DNA from: the human T2T-CHM13v2.0 reference genome, Homo sapiens
Length of the DNA stretch: 64,000 bases
Assembly: GCF_009914755.1 (NCBI RefSeq)
Contig: NC_060934.1
Reading direction: 5' to 3' (one strand)
Shown here: positions 14,217 to 30,461 of the stretch, piece after piece
Layout of the letters: each line of letters opens with the position of its first letter
Numbering within the stretch: position 1 is the first letter of the stretch
Notes under the pieces: generated by a model
Seen by the model: only the letters and a program-made list of their open reading frames with translations
What the model was told of the DNA's origin: nothing
Databases searched by the model: none
Translations under genes and position numbers: made by a program

Positions 14217-14746
14217 CCCAACAGTCCCATTACTGGGCATATATCCAAAGGAATATAAATCCTTCTATTATAAAGACACATGCAAACATATGTTCATTGC
14301 AATGCTATTCACAATAGCAAAGACATGGAATCAACCTAAATGCCTATCAATGATGAACTGGATAAAGAAAATGCACTACATATACACCATGGAATGCTAT
14401 GAAGCCATTAAAAAGTATGAGATCATGTTCTTTGCCAGGATATGGATGGAGCTGGAGGCCATTATCCTTAGCAAACTAATGAGGGAACAGAAAACCAAGT
14501 ACCACGTGTTCTCACTTACAAGTGGGATCTAAATGATGAGAACACATAGAGGAGAACAACACACAGTGGGGCCTATCAGAGGGCAGAGGGTAGGAGGAGG
14601 TTGAGGATCAGGAAAAAATAACTAATGGGTATTAGGTTTGATACCTGGGAGATGAAATAATCTGCATAACAAACCCCTATGACACAAATTTACCTATGTA
14701 ACAAAGCTGCACATGTACCCATCACCTAAAAATAATTTTTTAAAAA
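14217..14746 (+). mobile_element. 5'-truncated older L1PA (about PA11-15): ORF2 C-terminus plus 3' UTR
   Basis: ORF 14212-14532 (PLLGIYPKE...AKTWNQPKC...WIKK) is the L1 ORF2p C-terminus; TSD GAAATATGGA/GAAATGTGGA. Confidence 0.92.
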
Positions 14747-14899
14747 GAAATGTGGAACTGACGTCATTTCTCTGGGTTCCCTCTACCAAGGTGACATAGG
14801 TGGTGGGGGATAAGATGGGTAGGTGGGGAGAAAGAAAATAAAGAAAGAAAATTAAAAAATCATGAAAAAATAAAAATAGATCTAAAAGAAAAATATATT

Positions 14900-16350
<1,451 letters not shown>

Positions 16351-16599
16351 ATATAAAAGATGGTTACTTTCTGAGTGGCGTGATGTGGAATGTCATATTA
16401 AATGTGTAGTGTGGAGCACTGAAATACTTAAACAGGCATCATTTTCACAAAGGAAAAAGTAGAAGCAAAATGCAATAGCTAATGGTAGTAAACTGTAGGT
16501 ATAAGGATGTTTATTGTTTTTTCTTGTTTCTGTATTTTGATGTACATGTAAAATATCCTTTCATGACATTCAAAATTTTGTTCCTACACTGGAGATACC

Positions 16600-17060
16600 T
16601 GTTTTTATAATACTACTTTTGTGGGTCTCCTTTCAGACCCTTTTATCTATGTATGTCCTAACATACTTACATATGGAGTCTCATTTTTATTTATCTTTAT
16701 GTAATATTCTCATACTGTATATTTTGTTCCACTGCTTTTTCTTTTGAATTGCTAAGTTATGAATAGCTTTACATAAAAGATAAAGATCTACCTTATTTAA
16801 CTCTGTGAAGTATTTTATAATATAGACAATCACAATTTCTTTAGCTATTCTCCCACTTTTTTTGGTTATTTGTTTCCAAATCTTTGCAATTTAATTAGAT
16901 GTTAAAATAAGCAACTAATTAAAGTGAATATTTTTGGGGTCACAAGTGAATTTTTCTAAGGTAGATGCTGAGAAGTGAAAATGATGGATTGTTAGGAACA
17001 CAGATTATTTTTGCTATCCAAAATGTCTTTACAAATTTACATTCTCATCAGAATTATACA
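16600..17060 (-). mobile_element. L1ME-type fragment
   Basis: Degenerate reverse ORF2 end/3' UTR (TTGTTTCCAAATCTTTGCAAT...AAATTTACATTCTCATCAG). Confidence 0.5.
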
Positions 17061-17431
17061 TTTCTAAACAAAGTTCTTCTCCAATTCTAATCCATGTACC
17101 AACTCCCTACCTACCTCAACTCACATTTTACAAATCTTACCTTCAGAGTGAATTGATGATCCCAGTAAATGCTTGAGTCAGTCTCTCTTTTTCTTTGAGT
17201 GTGTATCATGATTTCATGTGGGATAAATATTAATAAATAATTGAGCCATTATGTGATGAATGTTCTATGGATAAGTAGAGAGGAAAACCAGGGAACAATC
17301 AACCCAAGCTTTAGAATGTGTCAAGGTCAAAGGAAGTTTGAATTGTCTTAAAAGGTAAGATTATGGTCTCTGAGTATAGCAGGAGGGTGAATGTTCCTGG
17401 AAAATACATAAAAATAAAATATTTGAAAAAC

Positions 17432-17944
17432 CAGGGTTATAGTTACAAAAACTTATGTACCAGGCAGGTAACACATTGATGAAATTGGTCAAGGATTAAA
17501 AAAAAGAGCATAAGAGAGAAGATAATGTCGTGACCTCATTGTTGGTAGACAATAGTAAAGGCGAGAATAGTGACCAACTGAAGAGCTTAGGCCCCATCTC
17601 CAAAGCAAACGGTTACTATGCCCATCTTCACTGCTGTGAGCCTTTGACGATCCAATGTTGTCAGGTATGATTTTTGCAAGAGAAATTAAAATTCTGAATA
17701 ACTGTGTGGAACTTTTTGATTTTTACATGCAGGTTATTGATTCAAAAATACACATATTTAAATATTGTGAAATTCAAAGAAAAATTTTAGAGTAACAAAC
17801 TCATTCTGATTTGCCTGGGACTATCCCAGTTTTAAAATTAAAAGTCATGTATCCCAGGCAAACTAGGACAATTGGTCGCCTTCATTATAGGATCACTCCT
17901 TCTGTGGCCCATATCTAGCTCAAGGGCTGCCATTTGTAACTTCA
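17432..17944 (+). mobile_element. MER102-like hAT-Charlie element
   Basis: CCAGGCAGGTAACA...CAATGTTGTCAG...TTTTGCAAGAGAAATTAAAATTCTG...TCTGTGGCCCATATCTAGCTCAAGGGCTGCCATTTGTAACTTC. Confidence 0.65.
17788..17883 (+). mobile_element. MER81 (hAT-Blackjack) nested in MER102
   Basis: TAGAGTAACAAAC...TTTGCCTGGGACTATCCCAGTTTTA...CCCAGGCAAACTAGGACAATTGGTCGCC with terminal inverted repeats. Confidence 0.75.
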
Positions 17945-19768
17945 GAATAACTCCTCATTTCGAGGAAGTGTAAGGGGTTCCATTTCCACTGTGAAGTTTT
18001 AAGGGAAGGTATTGCAGACTGGGGTGGGAGAATTGGTAGAGGCAATGTCATGTGTATGTATTATTTGACATTAAAGAAACAATAACCGTGCTTATGAAGA
18101 ACTAACTAGTCTGAAAGTTCATTGCAGCTTTGAAGCTTGTTGGTATCTTCCAAAAGCCAAAACTTACTACCTAGTTAATTGGTTTATTGCTGAAATTAAG
18201 CGAGAGATAAATTCCTCCACAGTCACATAGAATCCCTGATCCTCTGTACAATGTTACTTTCCAATTATTAAGGATGCTACTACCTTGAAATTCTTCTTCT
18301 ATGCCTCTATTTCCCCTGCTGCAGAAGATTTCAGCATTCAGATTCAGATTCTCAAGTACCTTCAGCAACCAGCTCTTAGGTTTCTCTGCTCCTCAAAAGA
18401 TGCAGCAGGAACAATAAGTATTATTTTTGATGAGAGAAAAATTCAGCACTCCTATCTAAGGATTTGAGTTGCACTGATCACCATAGTAACTAGACAAAAA
18501 TATAATTTGAATAATACATTTGAAAATGATGTGGTACAGAGGCCATGCCTGGGAGGAAGGGAAGAAAGAGGGAGGGGAGCAAAAAACACACATCTCAGTC
18601 CTTTATAGAATAATGCAAATATTTGAATTAGAAAATGCCAATGTTGAATCATTAAGAGTTCATTTTATAGTGAAAGAAAATGAGATGCAGAGAGGTTATG
18701 TGACTTTTCCAAGTTCACCCAGTAACTATAGCTGGGGCGTTAGTTCCTGTCTCCTTAAGGCAATGTATTTTTGTTAAAAAATAACTATTTTCCCCAAAAG
18801 GTAAGATAAGCTATTTTACTGGCAAATAGTCTTTTCTTGTTCTCAAAATGGATAATGAGGAATATTGCATATTGCACTGTTTAGTGTTCTTTCAAAAGCC
18901 AATGTTGACATAGGGATTTTATTTGGGGGGTGATTCTAAGACATACTAGAGGAAAAAATGGGGAGAAATATTGATTAGTAAGAGGAGGGAGTCAATAGAG
19001 GATGCATTGTCAAGTAAAGCACTGTTCGGTGTACAAGGCTTAATCCTTCTGGAGAACTCTTGAAGCCAGAATGATATATGTTTCAGAGTTATTTCACCCA
19101 AAGAATGAAAAAGGATATGCATTTGTATATTAGTACTAATTAGTCCTTTATTGAAGGTTATTCCCAGGTGGTACTGACTCTCTAGAGCGGCCAGCATACT
19201 GAACATGTAGCAGACCAAGCAGAAGTGATCAAAGAACACTTCAGATAAAGAGAAGCGTGTGATTGTAGTTGGAAGACAGTGGGGTATAGACAGCGTATAT
19301 GCTAGGCATCACAGACTCTATTACAGTCCACCTCCTAGGCCATGTATCTCAGGGATGTGTTAGGTTTACTTTGTCCTGTCACCGATGAGACAGAATGAGA
19401 GAGACAGAGGTAGAACTATAGTTTTTACCGCTGCCATTGTTACTAAAACATCTACTGCTGTACAAGATCTTTCTTTTTTACCAACCATTCTAAAACCCCC
19501 TTCAAACTTGCACAGCACTTTGGCTACTCTAGATTGATTAGCCTGTAGCCTAAACCAGACCTGTATCCCTATGAGGTATGGTCTATTTATTATGACCTTG
19601 TTAGGTTAAGGTTGTTGTAGTTGCCCATTTGTGGTTATTACTGAGGACAGAAGTAAAAAATATACCCAAGTGAATACCTTAAATTACAGACTTGAATCTT
19701 CCTTCTCATTGTGTAGCAGCAACCAGGTCTCCTCATGATAATTAGGAGGATTACCCTTACCAGAATAG

Positions 19769-20105
<337 letters not shown>

Positions 20106-20509
20106 TGATGGCGAATCCATTCCTAATTCCACATTCAGGTTTCTCACTCACATGTTTTCCCTACTAGACAAATTACCTCATACAGTGGCTGTTGTTTCAA
20201 GGTATAAAACAAGTTTTTAAAGAGCAGCACCTTAACACCTCAGAGAACGATTCCCTCTAGTGCCTTAGATATGCTTTACAAGGTCATTTCTAGATTCTCG
20301 TAACTGGTAATGTCTGAGAGATACAGTATATGGGAGTATGAGTAGATTCCCTGGTCATTTGCATTATCTTGCACCTCCTTCACAGTGAAATGGATGTCAT
20401 AATATTTAGCACGTGATGGACAGCTCCAATAATGTATTCACGTGACATGCTATGGTCAGGTGCTTAACATATACAAGACCAGGTAGCACGGCAGATGTTG
20501 CTTTATTCA

Positions 20510-23500
20510 TTCACTTAATTAAGTATAAGTGAATTTATACCACATGAATCTTATATGCACAGCTTGTTGAATTCTTCACATGTAATCACCTAGTTAAATC
20601 TAAAACATCAAGATATACCCTATATCCAGAACCCTGGAAAATCCCCTCGTATTCATTTCAAGTCAATATTCCCACAGAGGTGGTCTTGAATTAAACCTTC
20701 TAACATGTAGATTATTTTAACCTGTTTCTGAGTATCATGTAAGCACATTGGTATGTTGTACTATTTTTGTTTCTGGCATCTTTTACTAAAGTTTGTGAAT
20801 GTCATTCATGTTATGTGTATCAATAATTTGTTTGTTATAATTTGTTTTTTTAATGAATATACAATGATTTACTCATTCTGCTGTTAATAGACATTTGTAA
20901 TATTTCTAGATTCTGGCTATTGTAGATAATGTTATACTCATATTTTGTGGGATTTATGTAGAGTTTCTCTTGGGTATGTTCCTAAGACTGGAACTCAAAC
21001 ACAGGTATATATTTACCTTTTATAAATTACAAAATAGCTTTCCCAAGTAATTGAAGTAATTCACACTCCCAGCAATAATTGAAGGTTCCAGTTGCTATTA
21101 TTTCTCCTAGCATTGGCACTATGTTCTTTATTTTACTTACCTGATGGTTTGTGGTGTTATCACATTATGCTAATATTTGCATTTCCATGATGAGTAATGA
21201 CGTTGAGCAAGTTTTGATATGGTTATTAGTCATTTGGTTATTCTCTATGTTTTACTTATTTTTTTCTGTTGTTGATATTTGACAATTATTTTTCTATTCT
21301 GAATATAGACGAATCAAATTCTGTTGTCAAATATAAGTATTTGACAAGTATTTGGCCTAGAGAATGTTGTACTTTGATAGACAGATGTTCTTAATAGGCT
21401 TTATTGAATTTCAGAACTTTCATTTATCTAAGTACATTATTCAGAAATTGAAAAGGCAAAACGTAGACTTTATAGACCATATAGTTGTTCTAGTTACCTA
21501 TTTCTCTGTCTCTCTCTCTCTCTCTTCCCCTTTCCCCCAATTTTTTCTTGATCAGGATTTATAGTTTTTTTTAAATTACTTTAATCCCTTCAAAGAACTA
21601 ATCTTTAGCTTTAGCTATTGAATCTCCCTTTAAAATTAATTTTATTATATCTATTATATCTCTTTTATTTATTTCTATTTCAATTTTTTTCTACTTTCTT
21701 TGGTTTTAATTTGCATTTCTTTTGCTCCTGTTCATAATTGGAACCTGAGGTCTTCAGTATTCTTTTTTTTAAATTTGAATTTTGACTGTAAATTTCTCTT
21801 CTAATTGCCGTTGTAATTTTCCAACATTTTAATATAATTATTTTGAAACATATAGCAATGATCAGAAAATTTTATGGTAAAAAACACTACTCACCCTCTA
21901 TATTTTACTATTAATATTTCACTATATTTATCTGATAATATTCCTTCCTTCCCCACTCCATCTTTTTTCTTCCCTTTCTTTTTTCCATCCTTCCTCCCTA
22001 TATATCATCTTTATCCCAATAACTAATAAATCTTATTTTTCATACATTTAAAAACACACTGTAGACATCTGTACCCCTATAAATGTTATGTTACTTATGA
22101 AATTAACTAGTATTTAATTTTCAATTTTTTTTCCTTTGATGTAACATTACATAAAGGAAAGTACACAAACCTTCAGTCTATATTTAACTGAGCTTTGGTG
22201 AATGCATATAGATATGTAACCCAAATTCCTACCAAATTGTAGAACATTACCACCTGAGTTGTTTCCAGTTTGAGGCTTTTGTAATTAAAGGTAAAATGAA
22301 GATTCTTTCACAATTCTTTACAATTATTTCTATGAACATATGTTTCTATTGATTGTAAGTAATCATCTAGGAATCACACAGGAAATATATGTTGAGTCTT
22401 ATTTTAAAAACGACTAGGAAAATTTTGAAAGTGGTAGTACCATTTTACATTTTCTTTTACAATGTATGAAGATTTAGTTGTTCCACATCCTTGCTGACAC
22501 TTGGTATTGTCAGATTTTTACATTTTAGTCATTCTGAGGTGGGAGGGGGCATGTAGTGTCAGCTTGTTGTAGCTTTAATTTGTAGTGTCCTAATGACTAA
22601 TGATATAGACCACATTTTAATGTGCTTATTGGCCATTACATAACTTATTTTATGAAGTGTTTGATTCTTTTGCCCATATAATAGATTGGTATTAATGTAA
22701 TATTGGCTTGAACTTATTTTATGGATGTTTAAATAATTTTTATATCTTGGACACTAGTCCTTTGTCATACATGCTTTGCAAATATTTTCTCTAAATAATT
22801 AGCTTAGCTATTTATTATCTTTAGGTTGTATTTTAATTGTGTGTAACATAATTTTATTTTATAGTTATTTATTTTTGTAACCAGTCTCAAAAGCCTATTA
22901 TTAAACCTCAAGTCATAGAGATTTTTGTTTGTTTGTTTGTTGTTTTAAATGCTTATGATGTTACCTTTAGGTCTGATGATTTTTTATATCATGTGAAACA
23001 GGGATGAGTTTCATGTTTTTTCATGTAGATATATTGCACCATTTCTAAAAATGCTTTTCATTCCATTTCTATTTGGCAACTTTGTAAAAAAGGAAAGTGC
23101 TCTATTAAGTGTAGGTCCATTTCTGGACTATATATTCTGTTCTATTTATCTATTATCAATTTATATTCCAGTATTCAGCATATCTTGATTATGGTAGTTG
23201 TATATCAAGTGTTGACGTCCTCACACTTTGCTATTTCTCCAAGTTTACTTTACACAATCTGGGCTCTATGTATTTCCTTATACAATTTTGAGTTTGCCAA
23301 ATTCTATAAAACTTCTGCTAACATCATGATTGGGATTTTTTTGTTTATAGATCAATTTAGGGATAATTAAAACCTTAAAATATTGACTCTTCTAATCCAT
23401 GAACACAGTCTATCTCTTCATTTATTTAGACCTTTTAAATTTTCAATCAGCAATCTTTTATAGTTTCCTGTGTAAAAACCTATTGAAAACTTTAAATTTA

Positions 23501-23560
23501 TTCTTAAGCTTTTTGTTTTATACACTATCATACATTGAATTTTAGTTTTTTGACTTGCAG
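20510..23560 (-). mobile_element. cluster of old L1M (ME/MD/MC-type) 3' fragments
   Basis: Several reverse L1 ORF2/3' UTR motifs (GTTCCACATCCTTGCTGACACTTGGTATTGTCAG; TCTAATCCATGAACACAG). Confidence 0.7.
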
Positions 23561-23568
23561 TTCCAATC

Positions 23569-24260
23569 AATCATTAAAGTCAGGAAACAACAGGTGCTGG
23601 AGAGGATGTGGAGAAATAGGAACACTTTTACACTGTTGGTGGGACTGTAAACTAGTTCAAGCCTTGTGGAAGTCAGTGTGGCGATTCCTCAGGGATCTAG
23701 AACTAGAAATACCATTTGACCCAGCCATCCCATTACTGGGTATATAACCAAAGGACTATAAATCATGCTGCTATAAAGGCACATGTGCACGTATGTTTAT
23801 TGCGGCACTATTCACAATAGCAAAGACTTGGAACCAACCCAAATGTCCAACAATGATAGACTGGATTAAGAAAATGTGGCACATGTACACCATGGAATAC
23901 TATGCAGCCATAAAAAATGATGAGTTCATGTCCTTTGTAGGGACATGGATGAAATTGGAAATCATCATTCTCAGTAAACTATCGCAAGAACAAAAAACCA
24001 AACACCGCATATTCTCACTCATAGGTGGGAACTGAACAATGAGATCACATGGACACAGGAAGGGGAACATCACACTCTGGGGACTGTTGTGGGGTGGGGG
24101 GAGGGGGGAGGGATAGCACTGGGAGATATACCTAATGCTAGATGACGAGTTAGTGGGTGCAGCACAACAGCATGGCACATGTATACATATGTAACTAACC
24201 TGCACATTGTGCACATGTACCCTAAAACTTAAAGTATAATAATAATAAATAAAAAAATAA
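23569..24260 (+). mobile_element. 5'-truncated L1PA3-like element
   Basis: Near-consensus ORF2 end and 3' UTR with G-rich tract, GATGACGAGTTAG (non-Ta), CCTGCACATTGTG, poly-A. Confidence 0.95.
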
Positions 24261-24269
24261 ATTTTTAAT

Positions 24270-26390
24270 CATTAACTTATATATTACAAATGCTAAATCA
24301 ATAGATTTTGTATATTCATTAGTATTATCTATGTAAACACTCAAGTTACCTGCAGGTAGAGAAATATTTATTTTTTCCATTCCAAATTATTATGCTTTTA
24401 TTCCTTTTTCTTGCTTTATTCTAATGCCTGGGACCTTCAGAATAGAAGTGATAGTGGAGTGCATTCTTGCTATGTTCATAAAGTTATGAAAACAATATTC
24501 AGTCTTTCATTATGCGCTATAGGGTAAGCTTTAGAGTTTTATTGATTGTCATTGCCAGAATTTTATAGAAATCTGATTATAAAACATGTACTCTTTTTTT
24601 GTCTTATTTTTCTACAGAGCATCATTATTTTGAGATTCATCAATGTTGCTGTGTATAATTAATTCATTTATTTATATTTCTCTGTATGTTGCTCATTTCC
24701 TTATATTGTTCACTGTGTTGCACAGATATAACAGAACATTTCACCTGTTCACCTCTTGATAGATATTAGTTTACTTCCAGTTTGGGCTACTACAAATAAA
24801 GTGGCTATAAATATTGGTGTATTAGTCTTTTTATGGACATATTCTTTAATTTTTCAAGAGTAAATATACAGGTTGAATAGCTTTATTGTATGATAGATGC
24901 ATGTGTAAGTTTTTAATAATCTTTCAAAGTTGTTCAAGTTATTTATATCATTTTATTTTCCTTCTGGAAATGTATGAGGGATCCAGTTTCATAACGTCAT
25001 TGACAACACTCGGTATATTAAGTCTTTGATTTTAGCTATCATAATAATTATGTGATAGAAATATGTTATGGTTTTCATTTGCATTTTACTAGTGACTAAT
25101 GAAATTGTGGCTTTTTCTTGTGTGTGTTTGCTATGCATATAGCATATTTGGCAAAGTGTCTGTTCAAATTTTTGTATTTTTTAATTTAGTTCTCCGTAGT
25201 CTTATTATTTATTAAGTTTCGAGTTGTTTGTATAGTCTGATTACAATTTATTTATATAATCGTATGTACATATATGTTATGTGCAAATATCTTCCCACAG
25301 TCTGTGGGCATCTTTATATTCATTCATTCATTCATTCATTCATTTATTGAGACAGAGTTTCACTCTGCTCTTGTTGCCCAGCTGGAGTGCAGTGGTGCAG
25401 TCTTGGCTCACTGTAGCCTCTGCCTCCTGGGTTCAAGCAATTCTCCTCCCTCAGCCTCCCAAGTAGCTGAAATAACAGGCACCCACCACCACGCCCAGCT
25501 AGTTTTTCGTATTTTTAGTAGAGATGGGATTTCACCATATTGGCCAGGCTGGTCTCAAACTCCTGACCTCAGGTAATCCACCCACCTCAGCCTCCCAAAT
25601 GCTGGGATGAGGCACCACACCCAGCCAAATTTATTTAACAGTATATTTTATGGAGTTTAATTTTTTAAATTCAGTCTAATAGGTATAGATATAGTGTTAT
25701 TATGTGCATACAAATTTATAATTGTAATATCTTCTTGTTAGAGTGACCTTTTCTCTCATGAATCTCCCTGTTTTTGGCTTTTAACACATCTTTTTATAAA
25801 AACATTTTTTGCCTGAGATTAGTATAATTACACCGTATTTCTTTTTTGTTGACTTTTGATTGGTATCTGATTTTTCCATTCTTTTAATTTCTGTTTTCTT
25901 AATTTTTAAGTTTGTTTACTTATACAATGCATAGATGTTTTTCCAGTCTGAAAACCTTTTTCTTAAAGTTCTTATTTCATTCACATGTAAGGTAAAGGAT
26001 GACATGTTTGTTATTGTGTATGTCATCTTGCTATTTTTAAAATATTTTATTTTGCTATTAATTTGTCACCTTCTTTTGCACTGATCATTAATTTGTAATT
26101 TTTATTGTCTTGTATAGTATTTATTCCCTATTTACTAGTTCTGGAGTGGTTTACCTGGAAATTTTTTAAAAGGTCATCTTTAATGTAGTCTATATTTTAT
26201 ATTTTTGCCATGTCCCGATTTTAGAACCTTACCAAGTTACAAATATATTAGCCCTCTTGCATTTTTCTATCATTATGCATTCTACTTATGTTTATTAGAC
26301 TAAAGATTTTGCTATTGTCATGGCTGTAGATCATTTTATATTTACATTTATATTTTCTAATATGTTAATCTGCTATTGCTCTCTCATTCT
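24270..26390 (-). mobile_element. old L1M fragments
   Basis: Continuation of degenerate L1 after the L1PA3 insertion (TTCCAGTTTGGGCTACTACAAATAAAG etc.). Confidence 0.6.
25312..25626 (-). mobile_element. AluS with (TTCA)n-converted tail
   Basis: Reverse Alu dimer preceded by a TTCA run. Confidence 0.92.
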
Positions 26391-26394
26391 TCCA

Positions 26395-27110
26395 GACTGG
26401 AAAGAAAGGAGCATTGATATAAATCCTACAGGCATAAAAAAATTAAAATTTTGTGAAAAAATTATAAAAATTACAATTGTGAAAATATTATGCCAATATT
26501 TTAAAAATATTGAGTGTAGCAAACAAAATACTTTAAAAATAGAACTGGCCAAATCTGACAGTAAAATAAATAGAACTTTGAAGATTTTTATATCTGTTAA
26601 TGAATTGAAGAGTATTATTAAAAAGTAAACTTGCAGCAGAAAAAAACCAAACCCATATGAATTCACTCGTTATTTTTTCCCCAAAATATTTAAGAAAAGG
26701 CTGTCATCAATCTTAACAAACACTTCCAAGGAATAAAAAAGGCAGGGCAAGTTCTGTCTTTTTCTGAAGCCAGCATAATTTTGATTCCGAAATCTGACGA
26801 GGACATTACAGGAAAGGAAATTACAGACTGTACTGGATGTCCTAACCAATGTCATATGACAAACAAATTAAAGAGAAGTCATATGAATGGGAATAGAGAA
26901 AATACAAGTATCATCCTCAAATGATCTTATTTTTGTACCAAGAAATCCAAAAACAAATCTTAAAAAAAAAAGATTGTACTTAATAAGTGAATTAAATGAG
27001 GTCCCTGGATTCAAGGTCATTATAGAAACATAGAATGTATTTTATTTAGTATTCTATAAACAAAGAAAAACAAAGAAAAATGATACAAATAAACAATAAA
27101 AAGATGCTGA
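26395..27110 (+). mobile_element. old L1M ORF2 fragment
   Basis: GAAGCCAGCATAATTTTGATTCCGAAATCTGAC...GGAAATTACAGAC, L1 RT region. Confidence 0.7.
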
Positions 27111-27258
27111 TCTTCATTTTGAAATAAAATTTTTATTTTAGAACGCTTTTAGATTTATAAAAAAAAGTGAGGATAACACGGATAGTTCTCATATACCTCT
27201 CCCCACCCTCTAGCTTTCTCTATTGTTATTGACAACTTGTTAGTATGGCACATTTGTT

Positions 27259-27571
27259 TTTTTTTTTTTTTGGTGTTGGTTTTTTTTTTGAGACGGAGTC
27301 TCTCTCGTCGCCCAGGCTGGAGTGCAGTGGCGCGATCTCGGCTCACTGCAAGCTCTGACTCCCGGGTTCACGCCATTCTCCTGCCTCAGCTTCCCAAGTA
27401 GCTGGGACTACAGGCGCCCTCCACCACGCCCAGCTAATTTTTCGTATTTTTTTAGTAGAGATGGGGTTTCACCATGTTAGCCAGGATGGTCTTTATCTCC
27501 CGACTTCATGATCCGCCCGCCTCAGCCTCCCAAAGTGCTGGGATTACAGGTGTGAACCACCTCGCCTGGCC
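27259..27571 (-). mobile_element. AluY
   Basis: GCAAGCTC, TTCACGCCATT, TTAGCCAGGATGG diagnostics; perfect TSD GCACATTTGTT. Confidence 0.95.
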
Positions 27572-27813
27572 AGCACATTTGTTACAATTAATGAGCAAAT
27601 ATTGAAATAATTTCATTAACTTAAGTTCACACCTTATTAAGATTTACTTTTTTTGATCCACTTTACTTTTTCTGTCGTAGAATCCCACCCAGCATACCTC
27701 TTTATACTACATTTGCTTGTCACTTCTTTTTTTTCTCAACTTTTGTCTTTAAACTTTAACTATTTCCTTAGGATGATGCCCAGTCATGGCCTTTGCAGAT
27801 GCATTACTCATAC

Positions 27814-28090
27814 TTTTAAAAAACTTTTATTTCACTTTCAGGGGTACATGTGCAGGTGTGTTATAGGGGTAGTTTGTGTATTGGTGAGGATTCTAGTGTG
27901 CTTATTACCTAAATAATGAACATTGTACACCATAGGTAATTTTTTAAACCCTCATCCCCATCCCACCCTTTTCCCTTTTGGAGTCCTCAGTTGTCTATAA
28001 TTTCCATCTTTACATCCATGTGTACCCATTGTTTAGCTCCCACTTACAAGTTAGAATATGTGGTATTTGATTTTCTATTTCTGAATTAGG
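27814..28090 (-). mobile_element. L1PA16/L1PB-like 3' UTR fragment
   Basis: TCAGGGGTACATGTGCAGG...TGTACCCATTGTTTAGCTCCCACTTACAAG. Confidence 0.8.
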
Positions 28091-28487
28091 ATTCTTTGGG
28101 CTGCAACAGTTTCTTGGACTTCTCTTGTTTTTGGGGACTTTGAAAATTTCGAGAAATACTGGTCAGGTATTCTGTAGAATATCTCCTAATTGAGAATTGC
28201 ATGATACTTTTCTCATATTTAGACTGGGATTATGGGTTTGGGGAATACAAAGAACCTAGAGATAAAATGATACCTTCATCACATTATATCAAAGAGATAT
28301 ATTATTAATATAGCTTATTACTGTTGATGTTGACCTTGATCATCAGGCTGAGGTTTTGCTTGTCAGACGTCTCCACTGTAAGTTTCTCTCCCTTTCTCCT
28401 CCCCTCTTTCCATGCTGATTCTTTGGAAGAAGGTCAATATGCACAAACCACACTTAAAGAGTGGGGCGTTGTGCTCCGCCTCTTTGA

Positions 28488-28912
<425 letters not shown>

Positions 28913-29885
28913 TAAAAAAATTATTTTTAAGTATGTAGATATTTGGGGGTTACCTGTGATAACTGAATACATTTACCTAATTTGCAAAGATCAAATGATA
29001 ATAATTGGAATATAGGTCACCTTAAATATTTGTGTTTTCTTTATGCTAGAAACAGTCATATTATTCTCTTTTAGTTATTTTGAAATCTACAATAGATTAT
29101 TGTAAACTGTTGTCATTCTACTGATATATCAAGTGCTAGGTCTTACTTCTTCTATCAAACTATATACTTTTACCATTAATCAATCTCTCTCCCTTCCTCC
29201 TTCCCTTCCCCATGTCTGGTAACTACCCTCCCCACTACTTTTCTTGGCCTCTAGTAACCACCAGTATACATCTCTGTGAGATCTACCTTTTTAAACTCCT
29301 ACATATGAGTGAGAACAGGCAACATTTGTCTTTCTGTGCTTGATGTATTTTACTTAATATAATGACCTCCAGTTCCAACTGTGTTGCTGCAAATGACAAG
29401 ATTTCACTCTTTTTTATAGCAGAATAATATTAAATTGTGTATATATACAACATTCATCTTATCCATTCATTGACTGCTAGACACTGTGGTTGATTTGTTG
29501 TCTTGGCTATTGTAACTAATGCTGCAATAAACATAGGACGCAGATATCCCTTCAATATATTGATTTTATTTCTTTTGAATATATACTCAGTTGTAGAATT
29601 GCTGGATTATATGGTAGTCTCATTTTTACTGTTTTGAAGAATCTCCATACTGTTTTCTACAGTGGCTGTACTAATTTTACATTTCCATCAACAGTGTATT
29701 GTACAAGTCTTCCCCTTCCTCTGCATCTTCACCAGCATCCTTATCCACTGTCTTCTTGATAAAGGCCATTTTAACTTGGGTGAGATGATATCTCATTGAG
29801 GGTTTGATTTGATTTTTTCTGATGATTAGTGATGTTGAGCATTTTTTCATATATCTCTTGACCATTTGACCATTTGTATGTTTTC

Positions 29886-30461
<576 letters not shown>

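Noticed and set aside
24091-24112. G-quadruplex-forming tract
   Set aside because: Standard feature of the L1PA 3' UTR
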